NCBI GenBank assembly: GCA_049317985.1
Contig: JBMOHF010000001.1
Span: 25,605-89,604, forward strand
Reading direction: 5' to 3'
From: Patescibacteria group bacterium
Lineage (GTDB): Bacteria; Patescibacteriota; Patescibacteriia; Patescibacteriales; UBA12465
Length of the DNA: 64,000 nucleotides
The notes beneath the pieces were generated by a model. That model worked only from the letters and a program-made list of their open reading frames with translations. It was not told the origin of the DNA and ran no database searches. Both the position numbers and the translations under genes were made by a program. Below, piece after piece: positions 8,425-17,122 of this stretch (position 1 is its first letter; every line of letters starts with the position of its first letter).

Positions 8425-9227
8425 AAGTTTTCACTAGTTAAACGCATCGTTAGGTAGCCAATTCCTAATTCAGTCTGATAAGACAACCCTTGCACTTCAA
8501 TCTTTGTTTCCGACCCCTCAAGAATACCAAGGGCAATCGCAATAGATTTTAAGCCGCATTCAGAAGCATTTTTTATCAAATTTTCGTCGATAGTTAGGAT
8601 ATTTTCCGTTGGTTTCTCGCTATTTAAATATTCAATTAATTTATTATCAAACTTTGCTCCTTTTGGCGAGTAGCCCGCAGGTGAAGTTTTCTTAAGGCGA
8701 TGGGAAAGATCCCCGGACGCAATTACTGCGATTTTTGTTTCGCCATCTTTTATGATTTGTCCAATTGCTTGTCCAAAAGATATCTGTTCCTTTAGAGAGC
8801 CACTTGAATACGAGAGTTGAATAATTTTTGGATTAGCCAAATCCCTGGCCAAAATATGAAGAGGAATAGACGATGCATAATCTAGTTTTTCTGAACTTAA
8901 AAATTGAATCGGAAAATCAGGTCTCAATTTTTCTTTGAACTTTTGAAGGAGATCCAAATCATTTTTAAATTTTCGGCCATTGGCCAAAAAACCTAATTCC
9001 GAAAAATCGATCGCCATCTCCGGTGAGCTATTGAATGAGAAATTTTTCGTCACCGATTTGGCGTGGGGAGTGATGATAATAATTATTTCTGGCTGGATGG
9101 CTTTTAGCTCGGTGCTCAATTTTTCATAAGCAGCGGTCGTTTTACTTATGAGCCGATAATTATCCTTCGCTATTTCGGGAATTAATAATGGCGAATGAGG
9201 GACTAGGGCAGCAAAAAGGGTTTTCAT
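8421..9227 (-). CDS. Class III extradiol dioxygenase (LigB/DODA)-like family protein
   Basis: N-terminus ALVPHSPLLIPE and motif VIASGDLSHRL resemble LigB-family proteins. The function is unknown. Confidence 0.5.
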   Translation of the reverse strand: MKTLFAALVPHSPLLIPEIAKDNYRLISKTTAAYEKLSTELKAIQPEIIIIITPHAKSVTKNFSFNSSPEMAIDFSELGFLANGRKFKNDLDLLQKFKEKLRPDFPIQFLSSEKLDYASSIPLHILARDLANPKIIQLSYSSGSLKEQISFGQAIGQIIKDGETKIAVIASGDLSHRLKKTSPAGYSPKGAKFDNKLIEYLNSEKPTENILTIDENLIKNASECGLKSIAIALGILEGSETKIEVQGLSYQTELGIGYLTMRLTSENL

Positions 9228-9234
9228 ATAGTTG

Positions 9235-10728
9235 TTAGTTGATATTATTGCTGTTAAATTGAATTATCTCCCCCATATCATAGAAATATAAAAGTTGCGG
9301 AGTGACCGTTATGACGTTGTTTTTGCTGTAACCCATTTGAAGAAAAACGCTATCAGATGCGAATGGCCTTTTTTTCCCGTTGGCAATTATATAAATTGTC
9401 GGTGAGCTTGGAGAAGTTAGCAAACTGCCGTTATCAAACAATTCTTGGTCTTTTGTTTTGTAACGCGCTAATTCATTGCTTGTAACCTTAGTTATTTTTC
9501 GATCTTTAAACTTATAGGTCATAATTGCTTTATCAAGAATCGGAAACTTTTCTCCATTTTCCACATAAAATCGCGCACCAGTTTTATTGTCTTGCAAAAT
9601 AGCGCCAGTGGCATAAGTACTGGTCACAGTTATTTCTGTTCCAGTCTGATAATTACTTAATTCATTGGTACTAGCAGGAATTATTTCATCTTTATTGAAG
9701 CCAATTTTCTTGAAAGTTGCAGTGTTAGCAATTAAACGTTTTTCGTTATCCACTAGTAAAAAAATATTGTTGCTCGAATCACTAACTAGAGAATAATTTG
9801 GAAATTTAATATCAGCTCCTTTCTCGAAGTTATCAAGTATTTCGGTACTAGTTTTAACTATTTGGTTTTTATTAAATCGAGAAACAAAGGAGCCCCAATT
9901 TAAAAATTGTCTTTTTTGACCGTTTTCAATTAACCAAATTACCTTGTCTCCTTCTGCCTGAAGGATCGTGCTGTCCGGATAAAAAGTTTTTACTGTGGGA
10001 AAATATTTTTTCCAAAGTTTAAAAAAATTATAATTTCCATTAAATACATGCGGAGTGTAGTTGTAAAGTGCGGCAGTCGCCTTATTCTGTGGAGTAACAC
10101 TCATTGTCGCCGTACTAATTGTGCCATAAGGATTAGTGAAAGTGTAAGTTTGGCCAGCCTTATAGGAATACCGGTATTGCTCATTTATATAAGCAAGAAA
10201 TTGCAGGGAAGCGCTATTGATTTGTTTTCCAAATCCTTTGTAATAAGGATTACAAGCGATGCTATCGGGGCAACCATAACCAGCCGCCCAATCCAAGCTG
10301 CTCTGGCTTGGGTTAGCTTTTTCGATTAAACCTTGTTCTTTTTGAAGAAGAACTAAAATTAATTTCGGGCTGACCGTTGTGATTATTCTACATCTTGCCT
10401 TTTTGTCTGCTTCAGTTGGTGAATCACCAAGATCAATTCCGCTGCAATCATAATTTTGATGAGTGGCATCATAAATAATTTCTGCCGCTGATTTATCGAT
10501 GGTACCGTGGGAATTGATTGTTCGGTAATTGGCTAGGTAGCTATTTTTTTTATTCAAAAAATTTTGAATATCAGTCAGGCCCATACTGTTGTAATCTAGG
10601 AGTTCAGAGTCACTAATAATATTTTCTGGGTTAAATTCCGCGTCAATTTCTATTGCTTTTGCAGTCGGCGAACAAATAAAAAATGCTAATAACGCCAAAA
10701 AAATTGCTGACCGATATTTCTTCAACAT
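9235..10728 (-). CDS. Secreted hypothetical protein with four C-terminal ~55-aa repeats
   Basis: Signal peptide ending PTAKA, and a Cys-containing N-domain (LLQKEQGLI, DWAAGYGCPD). Four repeats have the type x(I/Y)x(L/I)xxNGxKRx(F/I). Confidence 0.6.
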   Translation of the reverse strand: MLKKYRSAIFLALLAFFICSPTAKAIEIDAEFNPENIISDSELLDYNSMGLTDIQNFLNKKNSYLANYRTINSHGTIDKSAAEIIYDATHQNYDCSGIDLGDSPTEADKKARCRIITTVSPKLILVLLQKEQGLIEKANPSQSSLDWAAGYGCPDSIACNPYYKGFGKQINSASLQFLAYINEQYRYSYKAGQTYTFTNPYGTISTATMSVTPQNKATAALYNYTPHVFNGNYNFFKLWKKYFPTVKTFYPDSTILQAEGDKVIWLIENGQKRQFLNWGSFVSRFNKNQIVKTSTEILDNFEKGADIKFPNYSLVSDSSNNIFLLVDNEKRLIANTATFKKIGFNKDEIIPASTNELSNYQTGTEITVTSTYATGAILQDNKTGARFYVENGEKFPILDKAIMTYKFKDRKITKVTSNELARYKTKDQELFDNGSLLTSPSSPTIYIIANGKKRPFASDSVFLQMGYSKNNVITVTPQLLYFYDMGEIIQFNSNNIN

Positions 10729-10800
10729 ATGAATAAGTATTAATAATTACCTTTACATTATAATATAAAAGACTAATAAGGGCAATTTGCTGCAATTTAG

Positions 10801-10827
10801 AAATAAGCTCCAACTTGGAGCTTATTT
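10801..10827 (-). terminator. Hairpin downstream of clpB
   Basis: 12-bp palindromic stem AAATAAGCTCCA/TGGAGCTTATTT. The trailing U-tract is weak. Confidence 0.45.
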
Positions 10828-10834
10828 CTGGTAG

Positions 10835-13468
10835 TTAGATCTTTTTCATTACGACTTCGTTTTTCAGCCCAAGGTCAATGCTAATTTTGTCACCTTCTTG
10901 AATTTTTCCTTCGATTATTTCCATTGCTAATTCATCAAGAATCATGGTTTGGATGAGACGTTTCAGAGGTCTTGCACCAAAGGTTGGATCGTAGCCTTTC
11001 TCCGCTAATTGTTTTTTTACTTTTTGGCCAAGCTTGAGGACAATATTTTTATTTTTTAGACGTTTTTCAACTTTAATCAGTTCAAGTTCAACAATCTTTC
11101 CTAGAGATTCTTTGCTCAAATTTTTGAAAACAACAATTTCATCAATCCGATTCAAAAATTCTAATTTAAAATTGTCTCTAAGAATTTTGTCGATTTTTTC
11201 TTTCATTTCATCACCTTTTTCTTTTTCTTGATTTTTTTGGTCGCGATCACCGAAGCCAATCGAATATTGGCGAATCACTTCATTGCCTAGATTGGAGGTC
11301 ATAATTATTACCGTGTTTTTGAAGCTAACCGTTCTTCCTTTTGAATCAGTAAGTCGGCCATCATCGAGGATTTGCAGAAGCATATTAAACATTTCTGGAT
11401 GAGCCTTCTCGATTTCATCAAACAAAATAACACTATATGGTTTTCTTCGAATTTTTTCAGTTAACTGTCCGCCTTCTTCGTGTCCGACGTAACCTGGTGG
11501 GGAACCAATTAATTTCGCCACGCTGTGTTTTTCCATGAATTCACTCATATCTAAGCGGATTAAGGAATTTTCGTCATTGAATATGAAACGCGCCAGAGCT
11601 TTAGCGAGCTCGGTTTTTCCAACACCAGTTGGGCCAACAAACAAAAAAGAGCCGATTGGTTTTTTTTCTTCGTTAATACCAGCCCGACTACGTCGAACAG
11701 CATTTGAGACAGCGGTGATTGCTTCATCTTGCCCGATTACTTCTTTTTTTAATTCCTCTTCAGTGTGCACTAATTTTTGCAAATCACTTTGAAGCATTTT
11801 TTGAACAGGGATACCAGTCCATCTCGCAACAACTTTAGCGATGTCTTCTTCATCCACTTCTTCTTTGAGAATGCGTTGTCCGTTTTTTTGTATTTTAATG
11901 AGATCTTCTTGAAATTTATGGATCGCCGCTTCTTTTTCTGGGATGATCCCGTATTTTATTTTTGCTACTTCAGTCAGGTCTTCACCGCGACGTTCGATAA
12001 TTTCTGCCTTTGCTTTTAGTTCATCAATCTCTTTTTTATTAATTCTAATTTTATCAATAATATTTTTTTCATTTTGCCAATGAAGCTCTAGTTGCGAACT
12101 TTTTTCTTTTAATTCGCTGATATTTTTATTGATGCCGCGCAATTTTGCTGATTTTGGTTCAGTGCTAATCAGTCCGGCACGAGTAATCTCTAGTCTTTTT
12201 ATCTCTCTTTTTAGACGGTCTAACTCTTCGGGCATTGAATCAATTTCCATGCGCAGGGCAGAGGTTGCTTCGTCGATCAAGTCAACGGCTTTGTCTGGCA
12301 GAAATCTGTCGGCAATATACCGGCTGGACAATTTGACGGCTGCGATTAAGGCATTGTCCGTAATTCTCACGCCGTGATGAACTTCGTATTTTTCTTTAAT
12401 TCCTCTAAGAATAGCGATTGCATCCTCGAGACTAGGTTCATTAACCATGATCGGTTGGAATCTTCTTTCCAGGGCGGCATCTCGTTCAATATATTTTTGA
12501 TACTCTTTAGTGGTGGTTGCACCAATAGTTCTTAATTCGCCGCGTGCTAAAACTGGTTTTAACATATTGCTGGCATCAATCGAACCCTCGCTAGCACCAG
12601 CGCCAATAATTGTATGAAGTTCATCGATAAATAGAATAATTTGGCCATTACTTTGGACCTCTTTCAAAACTGCTTTTAATCGATCTTCAAATTCACCGCG
12701 AAATTTTGCACCTGCAACCAGGGCTCCGAGGTCGAGGGTTAACACCTGTTTATTTTTTAAATTTTCTGGGACATCACCCGAAACTATTCTTTGCGCTAAG
12801 CCTTCAACGATTGCCGTTTTTCCGGTTCCTGGCTCGCCGATTAGGACGGGATTATTTTTAGTACGACGAAGCAGAACCTGCATGATTCTTCTTATTTCCT
12901 CGTCACGTCCAATTACGGGGTCAAGTTTTTCTTGTTTGGCAAGTTCAGTTAAGTTGGTTGTAAACTTTTCTAAGACCCGGTATTTATTTTCTGGGTCAGG
13001 ATCAGAAATGGTTTGGTTTCCGCGCAGTTCTTTAATAATCGGGGAAACACTTTCATAGGAAACTTTGAAATTTGATAAAACTGCCTGAGCCTGATTTTCG
13101 ACGCCAATCAAAGCAAGAAGAATATGCTCAGTCGAAATAAATTCATCATTCATTAAGTCAGCTTCTTTTTTTGCTCGCTCCAAAACAACTGCCGTCTCGC
13201 CATTTCCTTGAACGGTATTAACTTGCCCGTTTAGATTGGATTTAGTTTCTATCCTCGGTAATTTTTTTATTTCATTCTCGGTGTAGTCGGCGACTTCTTC
13301 GGGATTAATTCGGAGTTTTTCCAGAATTGTCTTCACCAAGCTTTCCTCCTGGTCAAGAAGAGCGAGCAAAAGATGTAGAGATTCAATATGCGGTTGGCCG
13401 TTCTCGTTGGCAATCACTTGAGCGCTAATAATTGCTTCCTGTGACTTGGTTGTAAATTTATTAAACAT
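10835..13468 (-). CDS. clpB: ClpB-type Hsp100 chaperone (full-length M-domain) carrying a ClpC-like IGF tripeptide loop
   Basis: D1 has GEPGTGKT and ILFIDELH. The ~125-aa coiled-coil M-domain aligns to the ClpB middle domain. D2 has GPTGVGKTE and [10 protein letters not shown]. The loop reads [20 protein letters not shown]. Confidence 0.9.
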   Translation of the reverse strand: MFNKFTTKSQEAIISAQVIANENGQPHIESLHLLLALLDQEESLVKTILEKLRINPEEVADYTENEIKKLPRIETKSNLNGQVNTVQGNGETAVVLERAKKEADLMNDEFISTEHILLALIGVENQAQAVLSNFKVSYESVSPIIKELRGNQTISDPDPENKYRVLEKFTTNLTELAKQEKLDPVIGRDEEIRRIMQVLLRRTKNNPVLIGEPGTGKTAIVEGLAQRIVSGDVPENLKNKQVLTLDLGALVAGAKFRGEFEDRLKAVLKEVQSNGQIILFIDELHTIIGAGASEGSIDASNMLKPVLARGELRTIGATTTKEYQKYIERDAALERRFQPIMVNEPSLEDAIAILRGIKEKYEVHHGVRITDNALIAAVKLSSRYIADRFLPDKAVDLIDEATSALRMEIDSMPEELDRLKREIKRLEITRAGLISTEPKSAKLRGINKNISELKEKSSQLELHWQNEKNIIDKIRINKKEIDELKAKAEIIERRGEDLTEVAKIKYGIIPEKEAAIHKFQEDLIKIQKNGQRILKEEVDEEDIAKVVARWTGIPVQKMLQSDLQKLVHTEEELKKEVIGQDEAITAVSNAVRRSRAGINEEKKPIGSFLFVGPTGVGKTELAKALARFIFNDENSLIRLDMSEFMEKHSVAKLIGSPPGYVGHEEGGQLTEKIRRKPYSVILFDEIEKAHPEMFNMLLQILDDGRLTDSKGRTVSFKNTVIIMTSNLGNEVIRQYSIGFGDRDQKNQEKEKGDEMKEKIDKILRDNFKLEFLNRIDEIVVFKNLSKESLGKIVELELIKVEKRLKNKNIVLKLGQKVKKQLAEKGYDPTFGARPLKRLIQTMILDELAMEIIEGKIQEGDKISIDLGLKNEVVMKKI

Positions 13469-13495
13469 AGAAAATTAAGTTATTTTTTGTCATTA

Positions 13496-13522
13496 TTTAG
13501 CACTCGTAATGCTAGAGTGCTA
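13496..13522. promoter_or_regulatory. CIRCE operator (HrcA binding site) upstream of clpB
   Basis: Exact consensus TTAGCACTC-N9-GAGTGCTAA, 28 nt upstream of the clpB ATG and directly after the -10 box. Confidence 0.85.
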
Positions 13523-13526
13523 AATA

Positions 13527-13555
13527 CAATATACCGCAGCAATGAGCCGCTGTCA
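13527..13555 (-). promoter_or_regulatory. Sigma70-type clpB promoter
   Basis: Minus strand reads TTGACA-17 nt-TATATT, immediately followed by CIRCE. Confidence 0.7.
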
Positions 13556-13592
13556 ACACTTTAAAATTATGTTATAATTCATTTATAATAAT

Positions 13593-13958
13593 ATGACTAA
13601 TAAAAATCCTTTCCTTGCTTTTGTCTCTGCCGCTCTCGAAGTCGGCTTTGTGGTAATTTATTTCCCTTTTTGGTGGTATTCCGTTGGTTTTATTCGTTTT
13701 TTACGTTCGCTTGGTCGGTTTCTAAAAGAAAAACAAGAGAGTCTTGCTTTATTTGTTTGGATAAAAAATATTTTTCGGCCAATGTATGGTCAAGAAGATT
13801 TCGCTGGTCGCTTGATCAGTTTCTTTATGAGAGTAATTCAGATTATTTTTAGAGGCATTGCTTTGATTTTTTTTCTTGCCCTAACAATAACTTTGGCTCT
13901 CGGTTGGCTCGCTTTGTTGCCCCTCGTTCTCGTTTTTATTGTTTTGCAATTACTCTAA
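13593..13958 (+). CDS. Small polytopic membrane protein (3-4 helices)
   Basis: 121 aa and very hydrophobic. Its stop lies 3 nt before the start of the Clp-like gene, so it is probably co-transcribed. Confidence 0.6.
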   Translation: MTNKNPFLAFVSAALEVGFVVIYFPFWWYSVGFIRFLRSLGRFLKEKQESLALFVWIKNIFRPMYGQEDFAGRLISFFMRVIQIIFRGIALIFFLALTITLALGWLALLPLVLVFIVLQLL

Positions 13959-13961
13959 TTT

Positions 13962-16637
13962 ATGAATAATCAAGAAAATAATCAAGAAACTGAAGAAAAT
14001 TGGTTTGGTGGTCGGCCGCTCGTTTTTCGTTGTGTGCCACAATTAGGGCTAATTGCTGTGAAGCGCTTAAAAAACTCGCTTCTTTCTTTTATCGATATTA
14101 TTTTTTGGTTAATTTTTGTTTCCGGTTTTTTTGCTCTTGCTCTTTGGGTCTATCAAGAGGGGGCGCCTTTTGTTGAAAAGCCTGAAAGTATTATCTTTTT
14201 TTGGAAAGAACAGCATCCTTTACTGTTATGTTTTTCTTTCGCTTTAATGGCGGGGTTATTTATTATTTATCGAAACAGTGAGAAAAAAGCTTCTCGCAAG
14301 AAAATTAATTACAACTGGTTCAAGAAAGAATTACCACGCGAAGATCTTTTGGCGCCGTTTTTTAATGGCAACCCAAAGGATTTAGAATCAAGTAAGGGGT
14401 TTAGCGATGAAAGCATGTCATGCCTTGATGACGCTTATCTTTTAGTAAGAAAATTAAAACAAGCAGAAATTCGCCCAATTCACTTATTTCGAGTTTTATT
14501 AAAAAAGAAAAAAATTCAGGCAATTTTTGTGCGCTTAAATATTAACGCCAAGGATCTTCTGCAAAAAATCGATCGACATGCAATGGAAGGAGAAGCGGTT
14601 TCTGGAAAAATTATTATTTCTCCCGCACTTTTGATTGCTTTGACTTCGGCTTTTCAAAACGCTGCTCTTGGTCATCGTGTCGCCGTGGAAATTTTAGATT
14701 TTGTGGCGCTGTTGCCTGAGAATGATCCAGTATTGTCAGAAATTTTATTTGATTTAGAAGTTCCGAAAGAAAAATTAGAGAATACGGTTGCTTGGTTTCA
14801 GATTAATGATCGTTTACGAGAAAATTATCTTCGCTTTCGCACCTTGGCTCGTTTCAAGCCAGATAGTGGTATGAACCGATCATATACGGCAATTGCGACA
14901 CCAACTTTAAATAATTTTTCTCACGATTTAACGCAAGCTGCCAAGTTTGGTTATTTGGAAATGTGTGTGGCGCGTGAAGAAGAATTTTCTCAGATTTTTG
15001 AAAATATTGGTGGCGGCCGAAATGGTGTTCTGTTGGTGGGACAGCCAGGAGTGGGAAAAAAAATGATGCTCGAAGGGCTAGCTCAATTAATGGTTCAAGA
15101 AGAAGTCCCAGATTTTTTACGAGATAAGCGCTTGGTTGAGCTTGATATTTCTCGCTTGACTGCCGGTGCTTCAGCGGCGGAAGCTGAAGAGCGATTGCTA
15201 AGTTGCATATACGAAGCAGCTTCTTCTGGAAATATTATTTTAGCAATCCAAAATATTGAAAATATTATCAGTCAAAATACTGGAGAACAGGGTGGCTTGG
15301 ATTTATCAGGAGTTTTAGCCGAAGCTCTTTCTCGTGGGCAAACAATTTGTCTGGCGACGATTAGTTCGGAAAATTATCAAGATCGCCTTGAGGGGAAAAC
15401 CTTGGATCAAGCCATGGTTAAAATAAAAATTAACGAACCAGATGAGAACCGGGCTATTTTGATTTTAGAGAGTAAGGTTGCTTTTTTGGAGCAAAAATAT
15501 CATATCTATTTTCTTTATGAGGCGATCGAAGAAGCGGTCTTAATGTCCACAAAATATCAACACGATTCTTTCTTGCCAGCCAAAGCCATTAATCTTTTGC
15601 AAGACGCAGCAGTTATTTCTGCTAAAAATCTTCGGCGCGGGTCTTCTTCTTTTTGTGGCCAGGAGGAAGTGGCGGCAGCAATCAGTGCTTTGACGGGCGT
15701 GCCGGCTAGCAAAGTTACCGAAAGCGAAGGCGAGAAGTTATTAAATTTAGAAGCAGAAATTCACCATCGCTTGATTGGGCAGGAGGAAGCTGTCTCAATG
15801 GTCGCCAATAGTTTAAGGAGGGCTCGCTTGGAGCTCAAAGATCATAACCGACCAATGGCGAGCTTCTTGTTTCTTGGTCCGACCGGTGTTGGTAAAACAG
15901 AATTAGCAAAAGCAGTATCTGAAGTTTATTTTGGTGGCGAAGAATTTATGATTCGCTTAGATATGAGTGAATATCAGCATCCAGACAGTGTAAACAAAAT
16001 GATTGGCGACGAAAACGGCGGGGTTGGTTATCTAACTGAAGCAGTTCGCAAAAAACCTTTTTCTCTTGTTCTTTTTGATGAAGTGGAAAAAGCTCATCCA
16101 GATATTTTAAATCTCTTCTTGCAGTTGATGGACGATGGTCGATTAACAGACGGACAGGGGCGTACCATTAATTTTAAAGATTCAATCGTCATCGCTACTT
16201 CTAACATTGGCGCACTATATATTCAGGAGCAACTCAGAGCGCAAACCCCGATCGAGGATATCAAAAACGGTCTTATTAATGGGCAGTTAAATCAATACAT
16301 GCGGCCGGAGCTAGTCAACCGTTTTGATGGTATTATTGTGTTTAAGCCACTTAATGAGGATAATCTTTTTCAGATCTCGAAATTGTTATTAGGGAAGATC
16401 AAGAATCAGCTAATGGAAAAGGGAATTGGTTTTAGTGTTGATAAAAGTGGTGCGCTTAAGTTAGCAAAAGATGGTTATGATCCAAAATTTGGGGCGCGAC
16501 CTCTTCGGCGTCTATTACAGGAGAGGATTGAAGATCGAATTGCTTCATTGATTTTATCAAATAATTTGAAGCGCCGCGACACTGTAGTGGTTAATGAAGA
16601 TGGAGAGATAAGCGTTGAAAAGGGGAGAAGTCTTTAA
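13962..16637 (+). CDS. Membrane-anchored ClpA/ClpC-like AAA+ ATPase with degenerate D1 Walker B
   Basis: Two N-terminal hydrophobic helices are followed by Clp_N-like repeats. D1 has Walker A GQPGVGKK, but the Walker B position reads ILAIQNIE instead of hhhhDE. D2 is intact ([20 protein letters not shown]). No M-domain and no IGF/LGF loop are seen. Confidence 0.8.
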   Translation: MNNQENNQETEENWFGGRPLVFRCVPQLGLIAVKRLKNSLLSFIDIIFWLIFVSGFFALALWVYQEGAPFVEKPESIIFFWKEQHPLLLCFSFALMAGLFIIYRNSEKKASRKKINYNWFKKELPREDLLAPFFNGNPKDLESSKGFSDESMSCLDDAYLLVRKLKQAEIRPIHLFRVLLKKKKIQAIFVRLNINAKDLLQKIDRHAMEGEAVSGKIIISPALLIALTSAFQNAALGHRVAVEILDFVALLPENDPVLSEILFDLEVPKEKLENTVAWFQINDRLRENYLRFRTLARFKPDSGMNRSYTAIATPTLNNFSHDLTQAAKFGYLEMCVAREEEFSQIFENIGGGRNGVLLVGQPGVGKKMMLEGLAQLMVQEEVPDFLRDKRLVELDISRLTAGASAAEAEERLLSCIYEAASSGNIILAIQNIENIISQNTGEQGGLDLSGVLAEALSRGQTICLATISSENYQDRLEGKTLDQAMVKIKINEPDENRAILILESKVAFLEQKYHIYFLYEAIEEAVLMSTKYQHDSFLPAKAINLLQDAAVISAKNLRRGSSSFCGQEEVAAAISALTGVPASKVTESEGEKLLNLEAEIHHRLIGQEEAVSMVANSLRRARLELKDHNRPMASFLFLGPTGVGKTELAKAVSEVYFGGEEFMIRLDMSEYQHPDSVNKMIGDENGGVGYLTEAVRKKPFSLVLFDEVEKAHPDILNLFLQLMDDGRLTDGQGRTINFKDSIVIATSNIGALYIQEQLRAQTPIEDIKNGLINGQLNQYMRPELVNRFDGIIVFKPLNEDNLFQISKLLLGKIKNQLMEKGIGFSVDKSGALKLAKDGYDPKFGARPLRRLLQERIEDRIASLILSNNLKRRDTVVVNEDGEISVEKGRSL

Positions 16638-16640
16638 AAA

Positions 16641-16670
16641 AACAAAAAAAGCCCCGAATCTTCAGGGCTT
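16641..16670 (-). terminator. Rho-independent terminator of 16684-17046
   Basis: Stem AAGCCC/GGGCTT. The minus-strand transcript is followed by a long U-run. Confidence 0.65.
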
Positions 16671-16683
16671 TATCCTTGTTAAA

Positions 16684-17046
16684 CTACAAGGTTATTTTTT
16701 TCTTTTTCTTTTTTTGTGAATTCTTTTCTTTTTGTCTTTTTTCAAGAATTTTTAAAATTTCCCCCAACTCTTTTTCTTCCTCTTCTAGGCCGCTGGTGAT
16801 TACTTTCTGTATTTCTTCTTGGTGTTGTTGAGCAGACAAGTTGTCTAGTTGTAATTTGTTAGCATTTAATCTTTTTAAACTTTCCCCTTTTTCTAAATAT
16901 CGGTTTTTAATAAAAGGAATTAAATTTCCGATATCTTGCGGTGTTAGTAATGTTAAAACCGCTTCACCGAGGAAATTTTGTTGGTACGAGCTGATTAGAA
17001 TGCCTAGATGCTTTTCCTTCTTTATTGTTTCTTGTTTTTTTGCCAT
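16684..17046 (-). CDS. Hypothetical protein with poly-lysine C-terminus
   Basis: 120-aa ORF ending in NSQKKKKKKITL. No family recognised. Confidence 0.45.
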   Translation of the reverse strand: MAKKQETIKKEKHLGILISSYQQNFLGEAVLTLLTPQDIGNLIPFIKNRYLEKGESLKRLNANKLQLDNLSAQQHQEEIQKVITSGLEEEEKELGEILKILEKRQKEKNSQKKKKKKITL

Positions 17047-17122
17047 CTTCGCCTTTTTTGTTTTATTTGTAATTATTGGTATTATTAAATAGCTTGTCTA
17101 ATTGTACATATATTATCTAAAG

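Noticed and set aside
11034-12377. Four 65-85-aa plus-strand ORFs inside clpB, with similar antisense ORFs inside gyrB, leuS, pgk, nrdA and fmt
   Set aside because: They are antisense to long, motif-rich genes and give S/F/I-rich low-complexity translations typical of the reverse frame of AT-rich coding sequence.
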